DNA of 64,000 nt from an uncultured bacterium (GTDB lineage Bacteria; Verrucomicrobiota; Kiritimatiellia; PWTM01): the NCBI GenBank assembly GCA_937935255.1, contig CALGXT010000076.1, forward strand, positions 1,658-65,657, read 5' to 3'. Of this stretch, positions 28,923 through 37,711 are shown piece by piece (the first letter of the stretch is position 1; each line of letters begins with the position of its first letter). A program made the position numbers and the translations under genes. Below the pieces are notes generated by a model, which saw only the letters and a list, made by a program, of their open reading frames with translations, ran no database searches and was not told the origin of the DNA.

Positions 28923-30716
28923 TTACTGTATCAATAAAGCTGGCCAATCGCCGCCGATGAGTTGCTGCAACTCGCGCATCCGTGCGCGCTGCCGGTAAAT
29001 ATCGCGCGGAAGGCAGTCGTGGGCCTTGCACAGCGCCGCCGCGTATCCTACCGCGACGCCCATCTGGCCGGTCGTGTTCATCACGCGCGAACTGCCCAGC
29101 GCCACGTGGGTGACGCTGACGTTGCGGCCGGCCATGAAGAGGTTCGGAATGTCGCGCGAATACAGGATGCGATACGGGAAGTACCATCGGGCGACTTTCT
29201 GATTCGTATACTTCGAACGATAGCTGACGTCGGTCGGGTAGTGCAGATCGATACCCCAGGTGGCCGTGCCGACGGCGTCCTCGAAATAGCGGCCCTGCTC
29301 GATATCGCTCTGGGTCAGCACGTAATCGCCCATCAACCGCCGCGACTCGCGTTTGCCCGCCACGTAGGGCACCCATTCGAGCGCCAGCGCCGCGTTCGCC
29401 GTATTCCGTTTCGCGTTGAAAAACGTTCCGTAGATCGCCCGCAGCAGATGGTCGCGGATGGCCTCGGCGTCTTCGATCGTGTCCTGATGGAAGCCCGCTT
29501 CCCAGTTCCAGTTGCCGCCCGTTTCCGCCGCGGCGCCGGCCACGGTCAACGCCCAGGGAACCTCCGGAAACGTCTGCGGCGAATCCATCCGACGCGAGCG
29601 CCACATCAGCGAGTTGCCCATCGTCATCTCGTCGGCGGCCGCCGGCGCGAGCGATTCGCCGAACTCGCCGGCCGCCTCGCGACCCATGCGATACGACGCG
29701 CCCGCCCAGAAGCCGATCCAGCCGTCCCCCGTGCAGTCCGCGAAGAGCGGCGCGCGGAAGCGGCGGCGTTCGCCCGAGTCCACGCGCCGCGCGTCCACCG
29801 CCCGGATGCGCCGCCCGACGCCGGTTTCAACCCCGTAGGCGCGCCAGCCGGTGAACAGACGCAGGGTCGGATATTCGGCCACGACGGCCATCCGCGCGGC
29901 ATCGGCGGCCGCCGCTCTCGGATCGGTGTTGGTGAAGTCGTTGGCGACAGCGCTCACGATGCGATGCCGCTTCTCGCCCTCGGTCTTCACGCGAATCTCG
30001 CCGCTGGCGTTGCCGCCGAGCACCGGGCGATCCTGGATCAGTGCCACCGAAAGCCCGCGCTCGGCGGCCGCGATCGCGGCGCAGGTGCCCGCGATGCCGC
30101 CGCCCACGACCACGAAGTCGAAGTCCATGACTTCTTCGGGAGCGCCCGTTTCGCCGCGACGCTCCGCGCGCCACGCGCGCAAGGCGTCGCCCGCGGCCGG
30201 CGGCGGTCCGGCCGCCGGATCGTCGGCGAAATAAATCGCGTCGCAACGCCCATCAAACCCGGTCAGGTCGCGCAGGCGCAGCTCCACCGCCGCGGCGTCG
30301 AGCGTCACCGTGCCGCCGTCCACCCAGCCCCACGCCGGCGGGGCTACGCCGAATATCGCCGGGAGCGCCGCGCCATTGACCCACACCTGAAAGCGACCCG
30401 GCTTTTCGCCATCGAAGTCGGGCGTCCAGTCGCGCGTCCGCACCCAGATCCGCCAACGGCCCGGCGCGGGCAGCGTTACGGTCGTCACCGCATCCGCCAC
30501 CGGAACACCCAGTCCGTGCGCCAGCAGATACGGCGAGCCCATCGCCTCCACGAATTGCGCGTCCACCGACCAGCCGCCCTTCTCCGTAAACGCCTCGGCC
30601 TCGATCAGAACACCCGCGGCGGCGACCGGCCGCGGCGAGAAGAGCAAAATCGCGCCGAGGAAAAACGCGTGACCGAATGCGCGCGCCCGCCCGAGCGCCG
30701 GCCGCAGATCGCTCAT
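28923..30716 (-). CDS. FAD-dependent oxidoreductase with N-terminal carbohydrate-binding-like domain
   Basis: The ORF starts MSDLRPALGRARAFGHAFFLGAILLFSPRPVAAAG, a signal peptide. The FAD dinucleotide-binding motif DFDFVVVGGGIAGTCAAIAAAERG is present. This family is commonly found in polysaccharide utilisation loci. Confidence 0.75.
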   Translation of the reverse strand: MSDLRPALGRARAFGHAFFLGAILLFSPRPVAAAGVLIEAEAFTEKGGWSVDAQFVEAMGSPYLLAHGLGVPVADAVTTVTLPAPGRWRIWVRTRDWTPDFDGEKPGRFQVWVNGAALPAIFGVAPPAWGWVDGGTVTLDAAAVELRLRDLTGFDGRCDAIYFADDPAAGPPPAAGDALRAWRAERRGETGAPEEVMDFDFVVVGGGIAGTCAAIAAAERGLSVALIQDRPVLGGNASGEIRVKTEGEKRHRIVSAVANDFTNTDPRAAAADAARMAVVAEYPTLRLFTGWRAYGVETGVGRRIRAVDARRVDSGERRRFRAPLFADCTGDGWIGFWAGASYRMGREAAGEFGESLAPAAADEMTMGNSLMWRSRRMDSPQTFPEVPWALTVAGAAAETGGNWNWEAGFHQDTIEDAEAIRDHLLRAIYGTFFNAKRNTANAALALEWVPYVAGKRESRRLMGDYVLTQSDIEQGRYFEDAVGTATWGIDLHYPTDVSYRSKYTNQKVARWYFPYRILYSRDIPNLFMAGRNVSVTHVALGSSRVMNTTGQMGVAVGYAAALCKAHDCLPRDIYRQRARMRELQQLIGGDWPALLIQ

Positions 30717-30717
30717 T

Positions 30718-30812
30718 GCGCGCTGTAGACGCGGGCGTTGACCGCGTCGTTCCTCGCGTTCCCGGCTCGCGCCACGCTCACCGCGGCCAGCGGCCGCGGC
30801 TACAGGGCGGGC
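30718..30812. repeat. structured bipartite element X1: CTGTAG + hairpin A (GACGCGG..CCGCGTC) ... hairpin B (CCGCGGCC-AGC-GGCCGCGG) + CTACAG
   Basis: Seen directly, immediately upstream of the FAD oxidoreductase start. The same A and B blocks recur at 34936-35017 with about 90% identity. Confidence 0.6.
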
Positions 30813-30952
30813 ACGGATTGCATGTAATACGTCAGCACGGCGCCGACCGGCGAGGCCGCCGGTCCCACAATGCTCACGCCGTGGCGTTGTAGGACAGGCC
30901 GCCGGCCTGTCGCTCCCCCGTGCCTGACGCATTACGACCGCATGGTCTTCGC

Positions 30953-33310
30953 TCATTGTTCATTCTCCACGCGAAGCTCTGTGTCGGAGTCCGGTGTCAG
31001 GTCGATTTTCACGGTCACGTCGCCGTCCGCCAGGGCGAACTCCACCGGGCGGCCGTCGCGCAGGACGCGGATCGGACCGGTCAATTCCACCGGCCGCGTG
31101 AACACCGCCTCCAGTTCCATCGGATCGCCGGTGTGCGCCAGCCGCACGACCAGCCGCCGCGGTTCGCTCACGCCGGAAATCAGCACGCCGCCCGGACCGC
31201 GGAGCGAGGAAAAAGACACCCGCCGGCGCCGCCAGTCCGCCGGCATGCCCCGGCCGACAAACACGCGCGGGCGCCAGAAGTCCGGCAACACGACCTGCTC
31301 GCAGGCCGCCGTCAGAAAGGCGCCGTGGGCCGTTTCGAACGGCGGCAGCGCGGCGTGGCCGACCAGCGACATCTCCTGAAAATAACCCGGACCGTACGTC
31401 CGGCATTCGATCGTGTCCGCCATGAACGCCTCGGCCCGATCCGGCCGCCCCAGCCGAATCTCGCTCGAGGCCAGGGCGCTGTTGAACCATGCCGGATTCG
31501 CGCTTTCGCCCGGAACAACCTCCCGCCGGCTGTTCCGGAACGCGGCGTCATCGAGATATTCACCGGTCTCGGCCAGATAATTGCCGATCGCGAACCAGTC
31601 GGTCGTGTGCTGGCCCGACGCCGCGCCCCGCCAGGCCGGATAGCGGCCGTCCAGAACGGGCAGCCGGATTCGCGCGAGCGCCGCCCGCCAACGCTCCTGC
31701 CGATCGGGGTCCACCCCCAGCCGCGCGGCGTAATCGACGGCTTTCCGTATAACGGTCATAAACAGAATGACCGTCGCGGCGAAATGCGGACGCGGTTCCT
31801 CGCCCATCACGTCGGTTTCGACGCCGCGCAGCAGCAGCTCGCCGTCCGACTCAAAAAAGCACTCCGCCAGCGAATAATCGGCCACGCGCCGAAGGATCGG
31901 ATACACCGCCTCGCGCAGCAACTGCAGCCGATCGCGCCCGGCCAGCTCGAACAGCCGCATGGCCAGCAGCGCGCGATTGGCGTCGGACATCGGCGCGCGG
32001 TCGCGTTCCGGCGGCACCACCGCCTCCCCGTTATACGTCAACATCCAGGGGAACGGCCGGCCCGACGGACGCATCACCCGCGCCATCCAGCGCGCGTGCG
32101 CCTCGGCTTCGGTCCAGAGGTTGGCGCGGGCGACGCCGTCGATGATGTAGTGGTGATCGTGGAAATTGCTCGCGGCCCAGCCGTTCTGATGGTTGAGCAG
32201 AAACTGAACCGTGCCGCCGAGGGCATGGTCGTCTCCGCAACGGAGCAGGTAGGCGGACATGCGATGGAGAAAGTGCCGCCGCACTTCGTACTCGTTCGGC
32301 GCTTCGACCTCGATGTCCGCCGTCCGCGCCCAGAAGGCCCGGAAATCCTCGATATGGGCGGCCCGCGCGCGCTCGTGGCCCGCGCGGTCGAACGCTTCCA
32401 GTTCCGACTCCAGCTCCGCCCGAACTTGCGGCGCCCGCTCCACCGCCGACCCGGCGAGGCGGCGAAAATCCAGCCGCAGCCAGGCTGTCTGTTCCGACGC
32501 CAGCGGTCCCCGCATCGTCGCCGTCAACCCCTCCGGGGTCGCTTCGGCGGACATCCCCTCCGCCGCGATGCCATACACGATCGTGTAGGGCTCGGACGGC
32601 TTGAATCGGGACGCCGGAGTGATCGAGGCAACGAGCGTGCGCGCGCGGACATCTATCGCGCCGGGCTGGTCGAACAGCGGCAGGCCGTGGCGGGTCTGCA
32701 GGACGAGCCGGACGTTCCATTCGAAATCGCCGACGGCGGATGCGGCCGCCGCCCGGTGCAGTTTCAAAAAGACCGTCTCGCCGCCGTGGGGCGCGAAGGC
32801 CTCCAGGGTCAATCGGCCCGGCCGCGCCTTGGGCAGAACGCCGCGCCGGTTCAGCGAGTAAGACGTGCGGACCGTCGCGGTGCGAAGGTCCCAGTCGCGA
32901 CGCCAGGAACCCGCGAAGGCGCGCAGCTCGTCGCCCGCGATCGTCCGACTGCCGAACGCGAGTTCCTGCGTCAGATAGCCCAGCGGCATAAAATTCCGCT
33001 GCCCGTAGCGATTTGTCGCGGGATCGAATTCGGCGCTGCCCGAGAACGCGATCTCGTCTTCCCAGAGGTGGGAGCTGACGAGGCCGGATCGCAGGATGTA
33101 GAGATCGCTCTGCGTGCTGTGCCAGGGCGCGGCCCAGCAGCGGTAATGCGCGGCCAGCCGATCCGGCAGGCTCTGCAGGCCGGCCGCGTCCAGGCCGATG
33201 CCGAAGCCGCCGGACCCGATCAGCGCGGGATATCCGAGCGCCGGCAGCGCATCGGATTCCTCGACGACCGACCACGCGTCGAGCCGGGTTGCCTGGGTGT
33301 CCTTGAACAT
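30953..33310 (-). CDS. hypothetical protein, putative (alpha/alpha)6-type glycoside hydrolase
   Basis: A 785-aa ORF with no signal peptide. It is Trp/His-rich (for example LLNHQNGWAASNFHDHHYIIDG), suggesting a six-hairpin glycosidase fold. The family is unclear. Confidence 0.45.
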   Translation of the reverse strand: MFKDTQATRLDAWSVVEESDALPALGYPALIGSGGFGIGLDAAGLQSLPDRLAAHYRCWAAPWHSTQSDLYILRSGLVSSHLWEDEIAFSGSAEFDPATNRYGQRNFMPLGYLTQELAFGSRTIAGDELRAFAGSWRRDWDLRTATVRTSYSLNRRGVLPKARPGRLTLEAFAPHGGETVFLKLHRAAAASAVGDFEWNVRLVLQTRHGLPLFDQPGAIDVRARTLVASITPASRFKPSEPYTIVYGIAAEGMSAEATPEGLTATMRGPLASEQTAWLRLDFRRLAGSAVERAPQVRAELESELEAFDRAGHERARAAHIEDFRAFWARTADIEVEAPNEYEVRRHFLHRMSAYLLRCGDDHALGGTVQFLLNHQNGWAASNFHDHHYIIDGVARANLWTEAEAHARWMARVMRPSGRPFPWMLTYNGEAVVPPERDRAPMSDANRALLAMRLFELAGRDRLQLLREAVYPILRRVADYSLAECFFESDGELLLRGVETDVMGEEPRPHFAATVILFMTVIRKAVDYAARLGVDPDRQERWRAALARIRLPVLDGRYPAWRGAASGQHTTDWFAIGNYLAETGEYLDDAAFRNSRREVVPGESANPAWFNSALASSEIRLGRPDRAEAFMADTIECRTYGPGYFQEMSLVGHAALPPFETAHGAFLTAACEQVVLPDFWRPRVFVGRGMPADWRRRRVSFSSLRGPGGVLISGVSEPRRLVVRLAHTGDPMELEAVFTRPVELTGPIRVLRDGRPVEFALADGDVTVKIDLTPDSDTELRVENEQ

Positions 33311-33384
33311 GGCGGGCGGCGAAAAAGCGGATTGAACGCGGATTTCACGGATTGGTACTGATTAAGCACTGCTCCGGTATTCAG

Positions 33385-33418
33385 AATTCAGGAGTCAGGA
33401 GTCAGAAGTCAGAAGTCA
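33385..33418. repeat. heptamer tandem repeat (AGTCAGR)x5
   Basis: The sequence ttcaggagtcaggagtcagaagtcagaagtcacg lies 75 nt upstream of the putative glycosidase start. Confidence 0.7.
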
Positions 33419-33484
33419 CGAAACAAACCGCCGCGCCCGGAGCAATTCCGGGCGCAGCGATTCCCTCGCGCCTTCCACATCGAA

Positions 33485-34750
33485 TCACGCGCGGTTGCGC
33501 TTACGCAGACCGGCCGCGCCGACCAGCGCGATACCCAACAGGGCCAGCGTACTCGGCTCAGGAATCAGGGTCAGGTCGCCGCTACCGGTATCGAAGGACC
33601 AGTCTCCGCTGCTGTATTTTCCACCGCCATCATGGACGAAGACAGTGTCGTTCGTGAAGGCAAGCCCAAAGTTGCCGCCGAAGGTTGCAGACAGGCTGGC
33701 CACATTCACCAGATTCCAAGTGCCCGATGTGTCCGTCAGCCCCGAGATATCGAGGCGGAAAAGCCCATCGAAGATCGCCGTGCCTGCACCGTCAAATTTG
33801 TTCGACGCGTTGCCGTTGTTTATTACAAAGCGGGACTCGCTGGCGGAGGTGAGGCTGAGGGTTCCGTCATTCACCTGCGTGTCGCCGACATAGGTGTTCA
33901 CCCCGGACAGCGTTAGGGTACCGGCGCCGCTCTTGATCAGGCCACCGCTTCCGGCATTCGCGAGCCCAAGGGATATTCCGATGTCATAGGCTTGGGTGTC
34001 GATTCTCGCCCCGCCATTCCCCACGTTCACAATGGGTGCGCCACCGGCACCGGCCGTGAGAAAAGATGCGTTCGTTGCGCCGGCGCGGAGCGTGCCACCA
34101 TCAAGGTTGATGGTGCTGGTGGCATAGGCGGTCGGACTATTATCCACAAAACCGTTGACGGTCAATATGCCGCCGGTGAGATTCACGATTTGACTGTTGC
34201 CGGTTCCGGCAATAGCGCCAGACCGTCCAAAATGGATAGTGCCGAGCGTAGCACTTCCGCCGCTTACCGAGAGGGTGGCGGTGGTGTTGCTTTGAGTTCC
34301 ATACAGCATGTACATGATGTTGTTGGCGGCAAAGGTTCCGCCTTCAACGGACAACGTTCCGCTTACTCCGTTGCCAATCAGGCTGCCGCTTGATCCATTT
34401 GTTGTGAGGGAGCCTCCCTGCACGCGCAGAATGCCAGCGGAGCCTTGTCCGACCAAAAGACCTAGTGCAGTCGAACTGAACGAACGAGTTCCTTCACCCG
34501 CATCGTAGATCAGTTCATTCGTGGCGGCATTGCCAATATTCCAGCGAATATTGCCGGAAGTGGCAGTGGCCGCCGCAGCATTGTTCCAGTTCGCACCTGT
34601 CCCCCAATCCGTGCTCGTGGCACCCGTCCATGTGTATTGCGTCTGCGCAAAGACACCGAAGGGAGCGAGGGTTAGAAGCAGCGCAGCGAGGGCGCCCACC
34701 GCCGGAAACCGCGCGCGTGTCGTGAGGTATCTATGGTTATTCATGTGCAT
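33485..34750 (-). CDS. PEP-CTERM domain repeat protein (exosortase substrate)
   Basis: The N-terminus has a signal peptide, and a GAAGGAGA RBS lies upstream. The body is Gly/Thr/Ser/Asn-rich beta-helix-like repeats (GGTL, GAGT and similar). The C-terminus (IPEPSTLALLGIALVGAAGLRKRNRA) is a canonical PEP-CTERM sorting signal. Confidence 0.75.
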   Translation of the reverse strand: MHMNNHRYLTTRARFPAVGALAALLLTLAPFGVFAQTQYTWTGATSTDWGTGANWNNAAAATATSGNIRWNIGNAATNELIYDAGEGTRSFSSTALGLLVGQGSAGILRVQGGSLTTNGSSGSLIGNGVSGTLSVEGGTFAANNIMYMLYGTQSNTTATLSVSGGSATLGTIHFGRSGAIAGTGNSQIVNLTGGILTVNGFVDNSPTAYATSTINLDGGTLRAGATNASFLTAGAGGAPIVNVGNGGARIDTQAYDIGISLGLANAGSGGLIKSGAGTLTLSGVNTYVGDTQVNDGTLSLTSASESRFVINNGNASNKFDGAGTAIFDGLFRLDISGLTDTSGTWNLVNVASLSATFGGNFGLAFTNDTVFVHDGGGKYSSGDWSFDTGSGDLTLIPEPSTLALLGIALVGAAGLRKRNRA

Positions 34751-34935
34751 GTCTCCTTCATCTTCTTTGACATTTTTCGTCTTGCTTCCCGCCGCGCCCT
34801 TGCCGGCGCACACCGCCGCAGGGCCCCATTATCGAGCCTACCCAGCCCAACAATCATGCGCACGATGCGCTTCCTCAAGCCGCGCCGCAAATTAATTATA
34901 AACTTTATCTGTAAAGCCTATTCCCGCGCCAGTTT

Positions 34936-35017
34936 CGCCGCGGCCGGCGGCCGCGGCTACAGGTGCCGATTCGCTGGGCGTCTGCTATAGACGCGGGCGC
35001 TGACCGCGTCCGCTTGC
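34936..35017. repeat. bipartite element X2: hairpin B ... hairpin A (permuted copy of X1)
   Basis: ccgcggccggcggccgcggctacagg and ctatagacgcgggcgctgaccgcgtc match the X1 blocks at 30718-30812 in the opposite block order. It lies upstream of the PEP-CTERM gene. Confidence 0.6.
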
Positions 35018-35636
35018 CTTTGCGTAACCCCTCCGAAATTCTCACGCAAAGACGCCAAGCCGCGCAAAGAGTAGCCGCCACGGTTGATTTGAGGCCTTAC
35101 GCTTGTCACCTTTCGTCTCCTTCTTTGTGTTCTCTGCGTCCCTTGCGGTTAAATTCGTTTCCTATCCGCGTTCATCCGCGTGATCCGCGGTCAATTTCCC
35201 TTTTCTCTTCGTCGAACAACCAGGTAACCTCACGCCGGCCGGGGATGGCGCAACTTCTGAAAACGTTCATCCTTCGTGCCTTCGTGGTTTCTCTTCCCCC
35301 GCCGGCCGAGTAGGCGAACCACGAAGGGGGAATACCGGACGCATATCGGCGCCCGGTTTTTCGGGGTTGTTTGGGAGCCGGATCGGCGCGGCGACTGCGG
35401 CCATTGTCGGCATCGCTCCCGTGGCGTCACGCTGGCCTGTCTGGGTTGAAGATCGAAAAATGATTCTGTCCTAATGATTCTGTCTTCCATTAATGATCGG
35501 CGGCCGCGTCCACTTCGTGCCACACGCGTTCCCTACTCAAGGCATCCGCTTTTGAAAGCTCCACGCCGGTCGTACCGCGGTGATTGACGCTCCACGCCGA
35601 ATGCGTTACTTGATCCGATCATCTGGAGGGCGCGCC

Positions 35637-36644
35637 ATGGAATCGAAACGGGTCACCTTGAGGACGATTGCCGCGGCGGCGGGGTTGAGCGTGCAGGCGG
35701 TTTCGCTGGCGCTGCGAAATCGGCGAGAGATCGCGCGGGCGACGCGCGCGCGCGTGAAGAAGGTGGCGGAAGAACTAGGCTATCGGCCCGATCCCGCGCT
35801 GCGCGCCCTCGCCGAGTACCGGACCGCGCGGCGCAAGGTCGCCGCCAAGTGGAACGAAATCGCCCTCGTGCATGACTGGCTGTCGCCCGAAAAATGGCTG
35901 GCCAATCCGTTCTATCAGGACCTGGTGCGCGAGCTCCGGCTTTACGCCCGCGAACGGGGCATCGCGATCCGCGAGGAATGGCTCGGCCACCGGCACGAGC
36001 TCGCGAAGACGGTCTTCCGCCGCCTGCGCGACATCGGCGTCACGGGCCTGCTGATCGCGCCGCCGCCGCTCGATCCCGACCCGATGGCGATCCCCGTTCC
36101 GAAACGCGGTTTCCAGACCGTCACGTTCGGCCCCGAACACCTGTATCCAAACCTTCACACGGTTCAGTTCGACTTCTACGAGAACCTGCGTCTGGCGTGG
36201 GCCGTCCTCCGCAAGCGCGGCAGCCGGAGAATCGGACTGCTGTACGCGGCCTATCAGGGCTGGCGGACGGGCGACGCCTGGATCGCGGCCCACTATATCG
36301 AAAAACGCGCGGCCGGTTTCCACGCCGAGGATCTGCCGCCGCTGGCGGTTCCCGGCACGGACGACGCGAGCTTCCAGCAGTTCCGCCAGTGGGCGACCGC
36401 ACAGCGCCTCGATGCGGTGATCTCCAGCGTTCACCCGGCCCTCGCGTGGAGCCGGACCCTGAAGCCGGCGCCGCGGGTGGCGATCATGAACGTCGGGAAG
36501 ACCGGCGAAAGCGGCATTGACCTCAACCTCCGCCAGACCGCCCGCACGGCGATCGAACTGCTGCTGCTCGAAATGCAGCGCTCGCTCGTCGCGGAGTCGG
36601 CTCTTCCCTTCCGTATCCATATCCCGGGGCGGTGGGTGGACTAG
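35637..36644 (+). CDS. LacI family transcriptional regulator
   Basis: The N-terminal HTH (VTLRTIAAAAGLSVQAVSLALRN) is followed by a periplasmic-binding-protein-like sugar-binding domain. The probable start is MESKRV, preceded by GGAGGG. Confidence 0.85.
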   Translation: MESKRVTLRTIAAAAGLSVQAVSLALRNRREIARATRARVKKVAEELGYRPDPALRALAEYRTARRKVAAKWNEIALVHDWLSPEKWLANPFYQDLVRELRLYARERGIAIREEWLGHRHELAKTVFRRLRDIGVTGLLIAPPPLDPDPMAIPVPKRGFQTVTFGPEHLYPNLHTVQFDFYENLRLAWAVLRKRGSRRIGLLYAAYQGWRTGDAWIAAHYIEKRAAGFHAEDLPPLAVPGTDDASFQQFRQWATAQRLDAVISSVHPALAWSRTLKPAPRVAIMNVGKTGESGIDLNLRQTARTAIELLLLEMQRSLVAESALPFRIHIPGRWVD

Positions 36645-36888
36645 CGCGATCGTTCGCCGCGCAATCCCAGCCGCGCAGGACAGAGCAGTTTACGCGATTA
36701 CTGGTTGAATCTCGGATGCCAGCCCTCGGCAATATGTGTGCGATCAAGCCGCGCCGGCGGGCGAGCAGCGGGGCCCTGCCATCGCGGGTCGCGCAATCCT
36801 GCGCTGATCCGCATGCGGGTGTCGTTTTTACAGATAAAGCATATTTTGCCGTTTTCACTTCTCCAACAGCTGCCACATACTGCCGGAT

Positions 36889-37566
36889 ATGAGAATGACG
36901 AATAAAGGCTTTACACTGGTGGAGTTACTGGTGGTCGTTGCAATCATCGCGATTCTGATCAGCATCGTACTGCCGTCGCTCAACGGCGCGCGCGCGCAAG
37001 CGATGCGCCTCAGTTGCGCCGTCAACGTCAAATTCCTGCTGGAATCCACGATGGCGATGGCCTCGCTCAACGGAAAGCTCCCGCGACTCCATGCCGCGGA
37101 CCGGCCGCCGTACTGGTACACGGTGGAACAGCGCGACCGACTGGTAAGCGAGTTCGGCGTTCCCCGCAAGATGTTCTATTGCCCGGCCAACCAAAAGGGA
37201 TGGAATCGGGACAATTTCTGGCGCTGGCCCGGCACGGATTTCTCCATCTGGGGGTACACCTACGCGGCGGACGACGGCGCGCTGATGGGGACCCTGAACT
37301 ACGATGCCGGCTGGGGTTCGGACCGCCCGTATACGGCCCGCTCACTGGCGGATGCGCCGCATCTGACCGTGCTTTGGAGCGATCTGCTTCGGGAAGATAT
37401 CGCCTTTTCCTGGTGGGGACCGGACGGGCGCCAGGGCGTCAATCACCTGAAGGGCGCGAATCCGGAGGGCGCCAACCAGGGCTTTCTCGACGGCAGCGTC
37501 CGATGGACACCCTTCGAGCGAATGAAGCCCCGCATCACGTGGTCCGGCTACCGCCTGTATCTCTGA
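36889..37566 (+). CDS. prepilin-type N-terminal cleavage/methylation domain protein (type II secretion pseudopilin with DUF1559-like C-terminal domain)
   Basis: The N-terminus is MRMTNKGFTLVELLVVVAIIAILISIVLP, a class III signal peptide with the GFTLVE motif. The C-terminal domain resembles DUF1559 (my family attribution), a family associated with the PVC superphylum. Confidence 0.85.
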   Translation: MRMTNKGFTLVELLVVVAIIAILISIVLPSLNGARAQAMRLSCAVNVKFLLESTMAMASLNGKLPRLHAADRPPYWYTVEQRDRLVSEFGVPRKMFYCPANQKGWNRDNFWRWPGTDFSIWGYTYAADDGALMGTLNYDAGWGSDRPYTARSLADAPHLTVLWSDLLREDIAFSWWGPDGRQGVNHLKGANPEGANQGFLDGSVRWTPFERMKPRITWSGYRLYL

Positions 37567-37711
37567 CCCTATCACGATCCTTCGCGACCAACCATGGGTA
37601 CGAGAGTCAGCGGGGCGGTCCTTGCCGGATTGAAATGACCCGGGCTTCATGCTATCCGTCAGCAACTTTGAAACATTTCCTTCCCTTCACCACCCGATCG
37701 GGAGTGTTCGC

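Noticed and set aside
28962-30728. 588-aa plus-strand ORF opposite the FAD oxidoreductase
   Set aside because: The sense strand has a canonical GxGxxG FAD motif, while this antisense frame is Arg-rich.
30920-33361. 813-aa plus-strand ORF opposite the 785-aa glycosidase-like gene
   Set aside because: An antisense high-GC artefact. Its composition (RRR, PRP runs) is non-protein-like.
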